A stretch of 62,886 nt of DNA, filler included, from Aduncisulcus paluster (lineage: Eukaryota), in NCBI GenBank assembly GCA_024181965.1. It is 6 parts of 6 records of this genome, joined end to end, with 100 filler letters (N's around TTAATTAATTAA, not from the genome) between each part and the next. Parts side by side here need not be neighbours in the genome. Positions count along the whole stretch, not along the records: positions 1 to 26,502 come from BQXS01012674.1; 5 more parts are not named here. One strand, 5' to 3'. Position 1 is the first letter of the stretch; the number at the start of each line of letters is the position of its first letter. Position numbers and translations under genes: made by a program. Below the pieces are notes generated by a model. That model saw only the letters and a program-made list of their open reading frames with translations. It ran no database searches and had not been told where the DNA came from. Below, piece after piece: positions 1-10,860 of this stretch.

Positions 1-1002
1 GATGAAGAAGCAGGCATTGACCCAGATGATCCAGGCTTTCTCAAATGGTACAAGAGATTCGACTATCGAATGCAATCAAAACTCCGCGAGAGAATAGATT
101 ATTCATCTCAAGAAACAAGAACTCGAAATTTTTCATTAAAACTATTTTTGTATTCATTCCTCATACACACCATTCCATTTGTTTTAGGGACTGTATTCCA
201 TGCGTATTGTGGCTCATGGACTCTCATTTTCCCTCTAATCTTCCTCTCTCTCGGATTTCTACTTGGAATAGTTGATATCTTTCTATCTCTGTGTGATTTT
301 ACAATTGGAGTTTCACCGCTTCGAATTGCTTCAACCTTTACTTGGCTTATCTTCAATATCTTGTCTTCTTGCATCGTTGCCCAACTTTTTGATCTAGCAT
401 ACAATCAAGGGAAAGAGCATTATGGATTTGTCTGGATGTTATTTGCGAAAATACCCTTGTTTTCACTCTTTGGATTCTTTTATTCGATCAGAGCATTCCA
501 TATGAGGAGAAATATGTCCGAGGGAAAGTATAATATTGTATCGTTTGTTATGTTCTTTGTATTTCTCTTTATGATGATTGGTATGGACATCATGGCATGG
601 ATATTTGGACCATTGGGATTCAGTGGTGTTTCCGGTTTTGTAAAATTTGAGTTTTATTGTGTTATGATAACTTCATTTCTCTTGGATATTACCATTCCTG
701 TGGTGGGATTTATTGGATGGTTTTATCAAACGGAAGGTTTAGGTGACCGTTTGTATGACATGTTTCAACTCTCAAAAGAACCTTTGTGGAGGGCTATATC
801 GCTTGTCCGAGTTCTTGAGGATGAACCTTTGGAATATTTTGCATTCTTGATAATTATGGGTCTCGGATCGATCGTTATTCTTGTTTCATCCTTTATGTTG
901 TGGATTATTGCTATCCTTGTTTTATTGTTCGTGATTTTAGCTGTCCAAGAACTTTTACAGGGTGTTGAAAACGTCTTTGATGCAATTGACAGTGAATATT
1001 AA
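1..1002 (+). CDS. Multi-pass membrane protein, 5'-partial (frame open from base 1)
   Basis: Frame 1 is open from the window start (DEEAGIDPDDPGFLKW...). About 8 hydrophobic segments. No family recognised. Confidence 0.7.
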   Translation, partial: DEEAGIDPDDPGFLKWYKRFDYRMQSKLRERIDYSSQETRTRNFSLKLFLYSFLIHTIPFVLGTVFHAYCGSWTLIFPLIFLSLGFLLGIVDIFLSLCDFTIGVSPLRIASTFTWLIFNILSSCIVAQLFDLAYNQGKEHYGFVWMLFAKIPLFSLFGFFYSIRAFHMRRNMSEGKYNIVSFVMFFVFLFMMIGMDIMAWIFGPLGFSGVSGFVKFEFYCVMITSFLLDITIPVVGFIGWFYQTEGLGDRLYDMFQLSKEPLWRAISLVRVLEDEPLEYFAFLIIMGLGSIVILVSSFMLWIIAILVLLFVILAVQELLQGVENVFDAIDSEY

Positions 1003-1335
1003 TTCTTGCTCAGTGTGTGTTATCGAATAATCCATTGGGTCAAGCAGATTCATTCNNNNNNNNNNNNNNNNNNNNATATCGCTTGTCCGAGTTCTTGAGG
1101 ATGAACCTTTGGAATATTTTGCATTCTTGATAATTATGGGTCTCGGATCGATCGTTATTCTTGTTTCATCCTTTATGTTGTGGATTATTGCTATCCTTGT
1201 TTTATTGTTCGTGATTTTAGCTGTCCAAGAACTTTTACAGGGTGTTGAAAACGTCTTTGATGCAATTGACAGTGAATATTAATTCTTGCTCAGTGTGTGT
1301 TATCGAATAATCCATTGGGTCAAGCAGATTCATTC
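796..1335. repeat. Gap-flanking duplication (796-1055 = 1076-1335), assembly artefact
   Basis: Identical 260 bp on either side of the 20-N gap at 1056-1075. Confidence 0.9.
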
Positions 1336-2012
1336 ACAATATAAACGGTGTACGAGAAGTCAAGACTGGCTCTATTGGGTGTACACAGAGGGTGTTAGAT
1401 TGTGGATAGATGTTGGCCTGATACCAACAGTTGAGTCAAGATCTAAAACATTATTCCTCGAGCTAAAAGATGTTCCAATAACGTTGAGGCATGTTGTGGA
1501 TGGGATAGTCCTTTGTGGTGGAGCTATTCTGTCTGTCGTATTCCAAATTGCCCTCATGTCTACTGTGGATATTGTGCCAATGGTATCGATGGTAAAATGG
1601 ACACAGCAGTTGATACCTCAAATAGAATTTATCCCACCGAGCTCTGTTATCATTTCTGCCCTGCTGTATGAATTCTTCTCGTTAAACCATTTCTCCTTGT
1701 GTGCCCAATCTTGTGGAGTTTTCCTTGAATACTCTTCAAGCTCTGAACTTATAAACGTGTTTTGTTCTTCAATTCCTGGCTATCATTGGAGACAATTTAT
1801 TGGATAAAAAATGAAAAAAAAAAGAGATGGAGGCATAAAAAAATTGATCGAAAGTATTTATTTATTGAATTAAGTTGAAATTTTATGAAATCTATTATTT
1901 CGCTGTGCCACACTCCAGTGGAGTCTGCACAGTTTGGACAAAAATCTACTTCATTATGTCACGGCTCTAAATCGAATCCTAAATGAAATATTATCAAATT
2001 GAGCTTTATATT

Positions 2013-3587
2013 TTAAAAAATCTCTATTTCGGGGGCCTGATCTTCATGTTCACTATCTACAACTGCCAATACACTTCCAACAAGATGTAACGATCCTGTC
2101 ACACCAATTTTTCCATGAATGCTGAGTGTTGATGCTATTTCTAATGCTTCCTTGGCATCGGAACATATACATTTTACACATGGAAACCCATAGCCCATGC
2201 ACAATTGTTCCCAATCTTCTGAGAGAATACGTTGGTGCTCAAGAGATATTGAATAAGCATCTTTCTCTTTTTTATCACTAAGAGATATTTTTGGAGTTGC
2301 GGGACAAAAAATAACCGAAGGAATAGAAGAAATGCCATAGGCGAGTAAAGAACACAATAATTTGCGAAATAACGGAATATGGTCTCTATTTTTAGCAATA
2401 TTAAGCACGATCACATCACATTTGTTGAGAAAAATAAATTCAGCGGCAGATTCAATGCTTTCCAATGTATGAGCACCGTCAAGACACAATTTAAGTTGGC
2501 GGCGAGTGTCAGGTAATTTCCAATCTAAAATTTGTCGTCTTCCCGGGTATGAAATGTGAGTAGAACGAAGCAACTCGCCAATAGCTTGAGGGTTGGAAGA
2601 AAGGGATAGGAATTGACCAGCTAATTCACATGCTAGACTAGTATTTGATCTTTGATGATCTGCGGCGCCTATTATTGGGGAGATATATTTGTGATCTTCC
2701 TGGAATTTGCTGAAATGGTGAAGAGGTCGAGCAATAGAAAGGGAAGTACCCTGAAGTTCGGCAACTTTTCGTAAAATTGGGAGAGCTTCCGGATGCTGGT
2801 CAAAACATGTATATGCGGGTATTTTTGGTTTGAATATTCCTGCTTTTTCTCGAGCAATTTCTGGAATGGTTGATCCTAGAATAGCTTGATGATCTAGGCC
2901 TAAAGAAGAAACTCCACACACAATCGGTCGTTTTAGAATATTTGTAGCATCATATGTACCCCCAATTCCGACTTCAATAACTTGAGCATCAAGATTTTCT
3001 TTTGAAAATAATGAGAATGCCAGGAGAGTTAGAAAGCGAAAAAAAGAGGGAGTTCCGACATTATTCACAGAATTTTCTTCAGAAAATTCAGAAGATTCCA
3101 ATTCAAACTTTAATTTTGATTTTTCTTTCTCATCTGAGATACTATGAAGAACATCTGCGATATGACGTTCTTTAATTGAAGAAGGAATGACATATTCTTG
3201 TAACGCATCCCAAATATGCCAAAATTCCTTCAAAAATGTATCCTTTGAAATTATTTTTCCATCGATCAGAAACCTTTCACGAATATCAACAAGATGTGGG
3301 GACATAAATGTTCCAACACGGTTACCAGCTGATTTAAGAATAGAAGATGCAACTAAACTTGTTGAACCCTTTCCTTTTGTTCCAGAAATATGAATAGAAG
3401 GGACGAGATCCGGTGAAATATCCAAGAAACGACACCAATCGTCCATAATTGCCAGATCAAATTTGGCTTGGAGGGGAAATGATTTTCCTGTTTCCATAAG
3501 ATAACGATGACGTTTCATTAAATGATGAAGAGTATCCATTGCTGAAGAGTAGGATCGATTTTTGAGGGAAACTTTGGGTAAGATCAT
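2013..3587 (-). CDS. FPGS: Folylpolyglutamate synthase (FPGS/FolC family)
   Basis: Motifs HISGTKGKGST, SPHL..IRERF, PSFFRFLTL, EVGIGGTYDATN, LDHQAILG..EKAGIFK, PGRRQ, LDGAHT, VTGSLHLVG. First in-frame ATG at 3587. Confidence 0.95.
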   Translation of the reverse strand: MILPKVSLKNRSYSSAMDTLHHLMKRHRYLMETGKSFPLQAKFDLAIMDDWCRFLDISPDLVPSIHISGTKGKGSTSLVASSILKSAGNRVGTFMSPHLVDIRERFLIDGKIISKDTFLKEFWHIWDALQEYVIPSSIKERHIADVLHSISDEKEKSKLKFELESSEFSEENSVNNVGTPSFFRFLTLLAFSLFSKENLDAQVIEVGIGGTYDATNILKRPIVCGVSSLGLDHQAILGSTIPEIAREKAGIFKPKIPAYTCFDQHPEALPILRKVAELQGTSLSIARPLHHFSKFQEDHKYISPIIGAADHQRSNTSLACELAGQFLSLSSNPQAIGELLRSTHISYPGRRQILDWKLPDTRRQLKLCLDGAHTLESIESAAEFIFLNKCDVIVLNIAKNRDHIPLFRKLLCSLLAYGISSIPSVIFCPATPKISLSDKKEKDAYSISLEHQRILSEDWEQLCMGYGFPCVKCICSDAKEALEIASTLSIHGKIGVTGSLHLVGSVLAVVDSEHEDQAPEIEIF

Positions 3588-3787
3588 CGGAAATAAAGAG
3601 AAATTTAACAAATATTAGAATCTGGTTTAACGAAATATGGTGAGGCAGAATAAATGATTATGGAGTCGCCCAAATTGGGATGATTTTATTATGTTTTAAA
3701 ATAGCTGAAAAGATTTACTAATAGGGAATATTATAATTGAATGTGAAGTGTAAATAGTTAAAGTAAGCTAGAATAATATTATTGATC

Positions 3788-4675
3788 TTATTTTAGATCG
3801 GATAGTCGTATCGTCTCTCCACGGAAATCAACAACAATGTCAGTCCCAGAAGAAATAATATCTTTTAATTTCTTGAAACAAGTATTGATTTTTTTGAATC
3901 TTAAATCTCCTATATTGTGTTTTAATCGATCAAAAAGAAAATAACTTTCACGTATACAATGTCGATTGAATAAAGAGAGACATGTATCATATGGGCTATA
4001 TTTTTCTGCGAGCTTTATCAATTGTTTCATGGAATCAAACGTTCTCTTTCGAAGATCAGACCCTTCTAGGAAATTCAACAAACACAAAGCTGCATCAAGT
4101 GCTTCAAGAATTAAGACGGTTCTTTCTTCGTCTTTCCAGGGGGATTGATCACAATCAAAGGTTTTTTTGATGATTTCAAATGCAATATCACCGGGGGTTG
4201 GTGAATCTCCCAACTCAACGTCACAAAGAAGAGTAGAAAGATGTATATCTTGTTTATAATCTTTTGCACTTGATCTTGCATAAATTTCGCCAAGATGCCT
4301 GGCAATTTTGGAGGGGAAAATCCCATAATACAAACACATTGTCAAAGACAAATCTATCTCACCATGTGAAGATAATAAATCAATTAAAATATCGGGATCC
4401 GAGGATGTTATTGATTTGTCTTCTCCTTTATCAATCAATAATGAACATACTAGAGTTCTTAAAGCTCTTTTTCTAAGTCCACTAATATCAAGGACAATAT
4501 CATCATCTTGAGTTAAATAGGCTGCCTTTTTAGGTGCTAATTCAGCGGATTGCAATGAAGCACAGCAAAATCCACAAGCATCATCAACAGATTTCTGAGA
4601 ACCTTCTCTATCTTGAAGCAGTGCTTCTGAAACGGTACGAAAATATATAACTGGTTGAGAAAGTAAATCCGACAT
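3788..4675 (-). CDS. Helical protein resembling the C-terminal region of nucleoporin Nup160
   Basis: About 295 aa from ATG 4675. The pattern (A..SL..A..L.P..A.L, IVLDISGLRK, LIDLL..HG..DL.L.MC..Y) resembles the Nup160 C-terminus as I recall it. Not searched. Confidence 0.55.
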   Translation of the reverse strand: MSDLLSQPVIYFRTVSEALLQDREGSQKSVDDACGFCCASLQSAELAPKKAAYLTQDDDIVLDISGLRKRALRTLVCSLLIDKGEDKSITSSDPDILIDLLSSHGEIDLSLTMCLYYGIFPSKIARHLGEIYARSSAKDYKQDIHLSTLLCDVELGDSPTPGDIAFEIIKKTFDCDQSPWKDEERTVLILEALDAALCLLNFLEGSDLRKRTFDSMKQLIKLAEKYSPYDTCLSLFNRHCIRESYFLFDRLKHNIGDLRFKKINTCFKKLKDIISSGTDIVVDFRGETIRLSDLK

Positions 4676-4767
4676 AATTAATATCTTGGGATCAAAAAAG
4701 ATACGAAAATAATTTGATTTGATACCAAAATGAGTTTTTTTCGACAATCACTCTACAAAATCAATTA

Positions 4768-5403
4768 ATGGAAACTTTTACGAAGTATTTAAGTGAATTT
4801 CACCATGCTTATCAAACTTATAAGACAACAATTTCTCCTTTGTCAAGCTATACTTCAACTCAAGATGTGAGCAAACGTATCACAACTGCAAAGCGTTGTC
4901 TTGGAGATATGAGGAAAGCTGTAAATTGCATGCGGATAGAAGCTCCGAGAGTCGGTGCTAAACAACAGGCTTCTGCCAAAGGGAAGGCTGCTGAATGCGA
5001 AACCATTTCTTCTACTTTATCTAAGGATTTTGAAAGAATTGAGAGGACATTAGCTGCTGATCGTGATCAACAACTTTCTTCAACATCAAAGACTAGATCC
5101 TCACTTGTTACAACCATGCATAAAATGGATGATATTGATATGCGTATGGATGGAATCCGTCGGATGGCTAGTGACATTTCAGGGATGGGAAATGGAATAT
5201 GTGACTCCTTGGATACACAAATAGTAACTTTGACTGATGGACGAGAAAAGGTTAGGCAAATGAATGACAATCTTGATGATGCAAAAATTCTAACAAACAC
5301 AATGAGAAAGAGGGAGGCATGTCAAAAATGCATCTGGTGGTTCTTATTTATTCTGTTTTTATTAATTGATTTGGCATTGATAATTTGGATGTACTTCATA
5401 TAG
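4768..5403 (+). CDS. Tail-anchored Qb-SNARE, Vti1-like
   Basis: N-terminal helical bundle (F..Y...F), SNARE coiled coil with central Gln (SLDTQIVTL), C-terminal TM. Confidence 0.8.
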   Translation: METFTKYLSEFHHAYQTYKTTISPLSSYTSTQDVSKRITTAKRCLGDMRKAVNCMRIEAPRVGAKQQASAKGKAAECETISSTLSKDFERIERTLAADRDQQLSSTSKTRSSLVTTMHKMDDIDMRMDGIRRMASDISGMGNGICDSLDTQIVTLTDGREKVRQMNDNLDDAKILTNTMRKREACQKCIWWFLFILFLLIDLALIIWMYFI

Positions 5404-5576
5404 AATAATAGAGTAGAATAAATTCAACTATACTCGGAGGCTTGCCTACATCTTACGAAAAATTTAACAGGATCAGTGACTGAGTGTAGGCCAAGTGGGT
5501 TCATCGTCGACAAGAGGGGAGGTCGGTTCTGAATAGTACAAGAGGCCTAATCATGTTTTTTTTACGTTTTTTTGAC

Positions 5577-6392
5577 TTATTTTGTTTGATGTTGACGAAC
5601 AATATATCTTCCCCAACGATCTGCGGCTCGAATAGGTTCGGGTTGTCGAAAGATGCACAGAGATTTTACGATATCAAGAGAAGTTTCCAGGTCAATGCCA
5701 TGACCAATTGAGATGAAAATGGGGGTCTTACTAGTTGAAACGGCTTTTAATGCAGCACCAAAAACAAATCCATCGTCAGAATCCTTGATTAAAGCGTGTG
5801 ATACTGGTGGTAAAGTTTTTTTGAAATCTTTTTCATTTGGAATATCATCTCGTAGCCTCATAAGAGATTTCGCCACCCCAATAGTGACTTGATTCGTGAC
5901 GACCCCAATATGAGAAGCCGATCCAAATCTTTTTGGATGTAAGAGACCATTACCATCAACAAGATAAATAGTATTTCCAGCAAAAAAGGATCCACAGCGC
6001 AAGGAGAGTCTTTCAAAGAGAGGGAGAAATAGGGGCATTTCTCGAAAAGCAAGAAAACCAGGAATATATTCAATAGTTAATTTTGCACGAACGAAATCTT
6101 TATACACGACAGGACAATCATGAAGTTTAAAATGTGAGACGAAATCAAAAGATTTATCTTCGGATGCAGAAGGTATTTTCGAAAGGAGTTTATCAGTAAT
6201 TTCAACCCCAGGGACATATTTACAAATAACTAAACAAGCAACACCAATTGATGGATCAAGAACATCATATCCAATATCAATACCTCCAATAAATTTGATT
6301 TCATCTTTTGGAATTAAATTTGAGGTTGATAAGCGAGATTTTAATTTATCTTGTTCTTTTTCAAGTGAAGAAAGAAATGACGTATCCACCAT
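5577..6392 (-). CDS. ENDOV: Endonuclease V (inosine-specific nuclease)
   Basis: GGIDIG, YIPGFLAFRE, LVDGNGLLHP.RFG.ASH.G, TIGVAK, PIFISIGH, RQPEPIRAAD. ATG at 6392. Confidence 0.95.
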   Translation of the reverse strand: MVDTSFLSSLEKEQDKLKSRLSTSNLIPKDEIKFIGGIDIGYDVLDPSIGVACLVICKYVPGVEITDKLLSKIPSASEDKSFDFVSHFKLHDCPVVYKDFVRAKLTIEYIPGFLAFREMPLFLPLFERLSLRCGSFFAGNTIYLVDGNGLLHPKRFGSASHIGVVTNQVTIGVAKSLMRLRDDIPNEKDFKKTLPPVSHALIKDSDDGFVFGAALKAVSTSKTPIFISIGHGIDLETSLDIVKSLCIFRQPEPIRAADRWGRYIVRQHQTK

Positions 6393-6724
6393 AGAACAAA
6401 AAGAACAACAATTGTGTGTGTGTGTAGTGACAAAAAAAATAACTATTTTTGGAAAAAATAATAACATAATTTCTAAATTATTATTTTAGTAAAGTAATTG
6501 TAAGAATAAAAATTTATATTTAAAAATAATATTTTAATTTTCTAAAATTAGATATTTTATTAGTCATAGATGTTTGAATTATTAATTTAATTAATTACTA
6601 TATATTCTGCTCTTTGAAGGGAGTAAATAAGAAACATGAGTTTATTTTTAATCTCATGTACGAGAACTACAGAACCTCTTTTTTTTTGTTTGTACATTAT
6701 CAACAGATTCATTGTTTTTTTATT

Positions 6725-7276
6725 ATGGATGGATTGACTCCATCATCAAATATTGAACAATATTTGCCTGCTGCAAACATTGAACGAATCATGAAAACTG
6801 TGTTAGCTTCTGGTTCTGAAGGAAGAAAATTGTCAAAAGAAAGTAAGGAATTCATGCAGGAAATTGTATCCGAATTTGTTCATTTTGTGACATTTGAGGC
6901 ATTGAGACTTTGTCATGAACAACAACGTAGAGTAATTACAGGTCAAGATATTGTTAAGGCATTATGTAATTTAGGATTTTCGGATTATGATGTTTATGCA
7001 GATTTTTTCCTAAATATATCGAAAGTTAAATCAAAAAGTGATGTTACCCTGAGAGATATGGTTCGAGATCATGATCCATTTCCTCTTACTGAGATTGAGG
7101 CGCTTGATAACCCTGAGAAATTTGTACCCAGTATCGCTCAAACTCTTCGGAGGGAAGGGACAAGAATGTTGATTGCTGATGAAATAACGAAGTTATCATA
7201 TAAAGAAGTTTTTTTGGCCCCTCCTCCAAGTTTAATCGTAAAACATTTATTGGAATCTCAAAAAGATGAAGAATAA
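6725..7276 (+). CDS. Histone-fold transcription factor, NF-YB/HAP3 family
   Basis: QYLPAANIERIMK...KLSKESKEFMQEIVSEFVHFVT.EA...C....RRVITGQDI..AL..LGF..Y. ATG at 6725. Confidence 0.9.
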   Translation: MDGLTPSSNIEQYLPAANIERIMKTVLASGSEGRKLSKESKEFMQEIVSEFVHFVTFEALRLCHEQQRRVITGQDIVKALCNLGFSDYDVYADFFLNISKVKSKSDVTLRDMVRDHDPFPLTEIEALDNPEKFVPSIAQTLRREGTRMLIADEITKLSYKEVFLAPPPSLIVKHLLESQKDEE

Positions 7277-7518
7277 GAAGGAATAATTAAATAATTAAGG
7301 AGTCGAATCCATGTCAGAAGCTTATGATGATCTCCAGAAATTTATTGCAGATATCTGCTTTGGAACAAGTTTCATATATCATAATTTGAAAAAGAATAAT
7401 AAATACATATTGAAAGGAGATTCTTAATTTTGAATAAATTATTTTACCTTGATCATATTTCCGTGAACTACCAAAATGTTTATACCATCTTTGAGTTTGT
7501 TCGGAACTTGGTTGTTGA

Positions 7519-7806
7519 ATGGCAAGATCTCCTTCTTTGTCTTTGTCACTTGATGAAGAGGTTGTTGCCTCTATTCGAGATGATCTCATTGATGATACAG
7601 CTCAACGAATCCTGGAGCGGTTTTCTATTGATCAAGAAATGTTAAAACACAATCTATCAAAAGAAATTAAGCATATTGAAAAGGCATGTTCATCGTCGGC
7701 AATGCTATTGGAGAGACTTCTTTGTCAAATGGCTGCTGTTGATAAATCGATGAATTCATCGGAGCCCGATAGGTTTTCACAAATTAATCCGGTTTATGAA
7801 TTGTAA
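7519..7806 (+). CDS. Small hypothetical helical protein; 5' end uncertain
   Basis: 95-aa ATG ORF with protein-like composition. An upstream ATG at 7311 may mark an unresolved exon. Confidence 0.4.
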   Translation: MARSPSLSLSLDEEVVASIRDDLIDDTAQRILERFSIDQEMLKHNLSKEIKHIEKACSSSAMLLERLLCQMAAVDKSMNSSEPDRFSQINPVYEL

Positions 7807-8321
7807 ATGCTATCTTCAATGTTATTTCCCCTTTATTTTTTAACTTTCACCTCGAACTTTCGTACATGATGTCTGTATTCCAATTTGTGACTTCGTGTGA
7901 TTCTCTTTTATATTTATATATTTAATATTTTTACTGTATTTGCAAAATAGGGGTTGTTTTTTCGTTTGTTATTTTATATGTCTCTCATTTTGGTCCGTCG
8001 AAATGATTAAATATCGCACTCTTGTTGTTATACCATCATTGGATTGCAATTCAAGATTTCTTTTCTTATTTTATTTTTGTTTTCTTATGAATTTGTATGT
8101 TAACGATATATCGTATCGTTTTACACTTACTAAAGTTAGTGGCGCTAACAATAAAATATCTCGTATATCATCATGAATGTAACGGTTATTATAACAATAT
8201 AGGGTTATCAATGGAGTGGTAAATTATTCCTTTGATAGGGGGACATCTTAATTTTACAGAATGAAGTTTGGTCCACTTTCAACAGGTTAACCTCAAATAT
8301 TTTTATTTAAAATATTATTTT

Positions 8322-10631
8322 ATGCAAAATGATGATGTGAGCAGGGAGGTTGAAGAGTTGTCAGCTCTCCAAAAAAGATTATCATCTAGACGCTTTGTAG
8401 TGCAAGAATCTTTGTTGAAAACTCATGATAAACTGAAAAAAACACTTGATATTTTATCTTTTAGTTCTCAAACTGCAGAAGAAGAAGCGGAAATTGAACA
8501 AACAACCTCAACTGTCTTTTTAACTAAAGATCCTGCCATTTTTACAATTAGACAAAAGGAAATTGATCGTGATCTTGAATATACCCTCTCACTACTTGAA
8601 GAACAAGGTGAAAAGCAACGAATCGAATTGTCTCATGGAATTGAAAAACTCTCCAAAACTACTGATTCATGGCCATCGTATCTTAGCAGTGGCTCTCCGC
8701 TATTTTCTGACATTGTTTTATCCTTCTTTTGGCCTGATCCTTCAGCTGTTTCCACTGATACGGTATCAAGCGCAAGGTCAAGACGTCGATCTCTTGCAGA
8801 GTCTTCAACTTCTGTTTTCCCACTTCTCCATGAACTTCCAATTGTTGTAACAATTCATAAAAATCTGAGTGTATGTATTCAGACTGCTTCTTTTTCAGTT
8901 CTCAGAACCTATAATTTTCGAGAAGATTGTTCGTATAAGCTCTTTTCAGGAATTGGAAAAGCAAAGAAAAGTAAGGAAGTTAGCATTTTTTCATCTCCAA
9001 ATGTTTATATTTCGAGCCATTGTGTTCAGAAACAACATGATAGAGTGCGAATATTTTTGGGGACAAGTAATGGCTTTTTATTGATTCTCAATGTGAGTGG
9101 TGATATTCGTTCTGGTCAAGAACGTGTGAATATCTCTGTATGTGCAAAATTATATTCTCAAAGCGTGGATATGATCGATTATATGAATACATCTCGAGGT
9201 GGGGTTATCACCACTGTAACAAAAGATGGAAAGGTTGGAATTTGGTCAATAGCACCTGCACCAGCCTTTGAATTAACTCCTTGTTTTGTGTGTATCGTAA
9301 ATACTAACTCCAATCAGGATTCTTCGAGATCTGATACATCTGGTCGATTCATTGATGTCATATTGGAAACTCCGCATGCTTTGATCTTGTCTCATTCCAT
9401 CGATGGAATATATACAGTTTCAATTCCTCAAAGTCTTCGAACTATCAAATTTCCATCCCCTCATAGTGTTCTCAGTGGTGCTTTATTTGAAGGTTGTCTC
9501 TTAGCCCTGCAACAGTGGCAACGGGCTTCCATGAGAAAAGCTTCCATAACATCCATTCCATCTCCATTTCATTCTATCTGGTCAAACCCAATGACTCAGG
9601 CAACTCCTCCTGTTGGGGGCTTGTTCTCAGCCATAAAGAGTGTTGCTGGTGGTATCTCCCATGCTCTGGTGAGTACTGGGCTTGTAGGATGTTCTGTTGG
9701 GGTGGTAGTCCATCGAAAGAAAGGAGAGAAGACAGAGGGTGATCCCCAGGAAAAGGAAGAAAAAACTCTCTCTCTCTCTGAGCATATTTCTAGATCTTCT
9801 TTGACAAAGGTGTTGTTTGTTGCAACCACTTCTGGCACCATCCATTCTCTTTCTCTCACTGATAACACAACAACTACAGTGGTCACACTCCCAAGCATTA
9901 CTGATATTTCTTCACNNNNNNNNNNNNNNNNNNNNCCAATGACTCAGGCAACTCCTCCTGTTGGGGGCTTGTTCTCAGCCATAAAGAGTGTTGCTGGTGG
10001 TATCTCCCATGCTCTGGTGAGTACTGGGCTTGTAGGATGTTCTGTTGGGGTGGTAGTCCATCGAAAGAAAGGAGAGAAGACAGAGGGTGATCCCCAGGAA
10101 AAGGAAGAAAAAACTCTCTCTCTCTCTGAGCATATTTCTAGATCTTCTTTGACAAAGGTGTTGTTTGTTGCAACCACTTCTGGCACCATCCATTCTCTTT
10201 CTCTCACTGATAACACAACAACTACAGTGGTCACACTCCCAAGCATTACTGATATTTCTTCACTTGTGCAGGTGAGTTGGATGAGTGAGGATGGGGAAGA
10301 GGAAACGGCCAAAGTCATTGAGGATATTGACTATTCTGCTCCTCCTGACATCCTTTCAATCACCAGCTATAGTCGGCAATTGTCAAAATACTCTGAATTG
10401 ATCGTTTTGTGTTGTTCTCATGGAATTATTCTCTTGCACTGTGCTGCATTACGGGAAGGAGTATTTGGGGTGTGCATGTTTCCTTTCGATGAACCTGTTC
10501 TAGGGTGTGATATTGTTGTACACAATGACATGGAATTATTACTTGCGTGGACACCGTCAAATATAGCAGTTTGGGATGTTTTAAGTGTCATTATGCGAAG
10601 TGATACATGCATTCAGGAGAGTTGGGGATAA
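8322..10631 (+). CDS. Hypothetical protein, N-terminal coiled coil plus probable WD40-like beta-propeller
   Basis: Beta-strand repeats (IFLGTSNG, VTKDGKVGIW, FVATTSGTIH, IAVWDV). Contains an in-frame artefactual duplication, 9588-9915 = 9936-10263, around the gap. Confidence 0.7.
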   Translation: MQNDDVSREVEELSALQKRLSSRRFVVQESLLKTHDKLKKTLDILSFSSQTAEEEAEIEQTTSTVFLTKDPAIFTIRQKEIDRDLEYTLSLLEEQGEKQRIELSHGIEKLSKTTDSWPSYLSSGSPLFSDIVLSFFWPDPSAVSTDTVSSARSRRRSLAESSTSVFPLLHELPIVVTIHKNLSVCIQTASFSVLRTYNFREDCSYKLFSGIGKAKKSKEVSIFSSPNVYISSHCVQKQHDRVRIFLGTSNGFLLILNVSGDIRSGQERVNISVCAKLYSQSVDMIDYMNTSRGGVITTVTKDGKVGIWSIAPAPAFELTPCFVCIVNTNSNQDSSRSDTSGRFIDVILETPHALILSHSIDGIYTVSIPQSLRTIKFPSPHSVLSGALFEGCLLALQQWQRASMRKASITSIPSPFHSIWSNPMTQATPPVGGLFSAIKSVAGGISHALVSTGLVGCSVGVVVHRKKGEKTEGDPQEKEEKTLSLSEHISRSSLTKVLFVATTSGTIHSLSLTDNTTTTVVTLPSITDISSXXXXXXXPMTQATPPVGGLFSAIKSVAGGISHALVSTGLVGCSVGVVVHRKKGEKTEGDPQEKEEKTLSLSEHISRSSLTKVLFVATTSGTIHSLSLTDNTTTTVVTLPSITDISSLVQVSWMSEDGEEETAKVIEDIDYSAPPDILSITSYSRQLSKYSELIVLCCSHGIILLHCAALREGVFGVCMFPFDEPVLGCDIVVHNDMELLLAWTPSNIAVWDVLSVIMRSDTCIQESWG

Positions 10632-10860
10632 CATCTATGGACTGTAGTGAAGTATATACTGATGGTTGTTGAATTGTACCGTATAGTTGATAGTAATGGA
10701 GCTAGACATAGTTTGGATTTCATTTGAGAAATTGGATTTGGTTTTATTGGAATGGGAATGGGAATATTTTATAAAAACATAGTATATACAAATCGTTTGG
10801 TTCATTTATATTGGCAAAGAATGATATTATCGATATCCTGTGATTGTATCACAAATCATT

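Noticed and set aside
1286..1807. 173-aa plus-strand ORF and its stop-interrupted antisense frame
   Set aside because: TTG start inside a duplicated segment and no recognisable motif on either strand. Cannot be supported.
3540..3587. Organelle targeting presequence on FPGS (NRSYSS)
   Set aside because: RSY..A...L matches the ordinary first helix of eukaryotic FPGS, leaving almost no extension.
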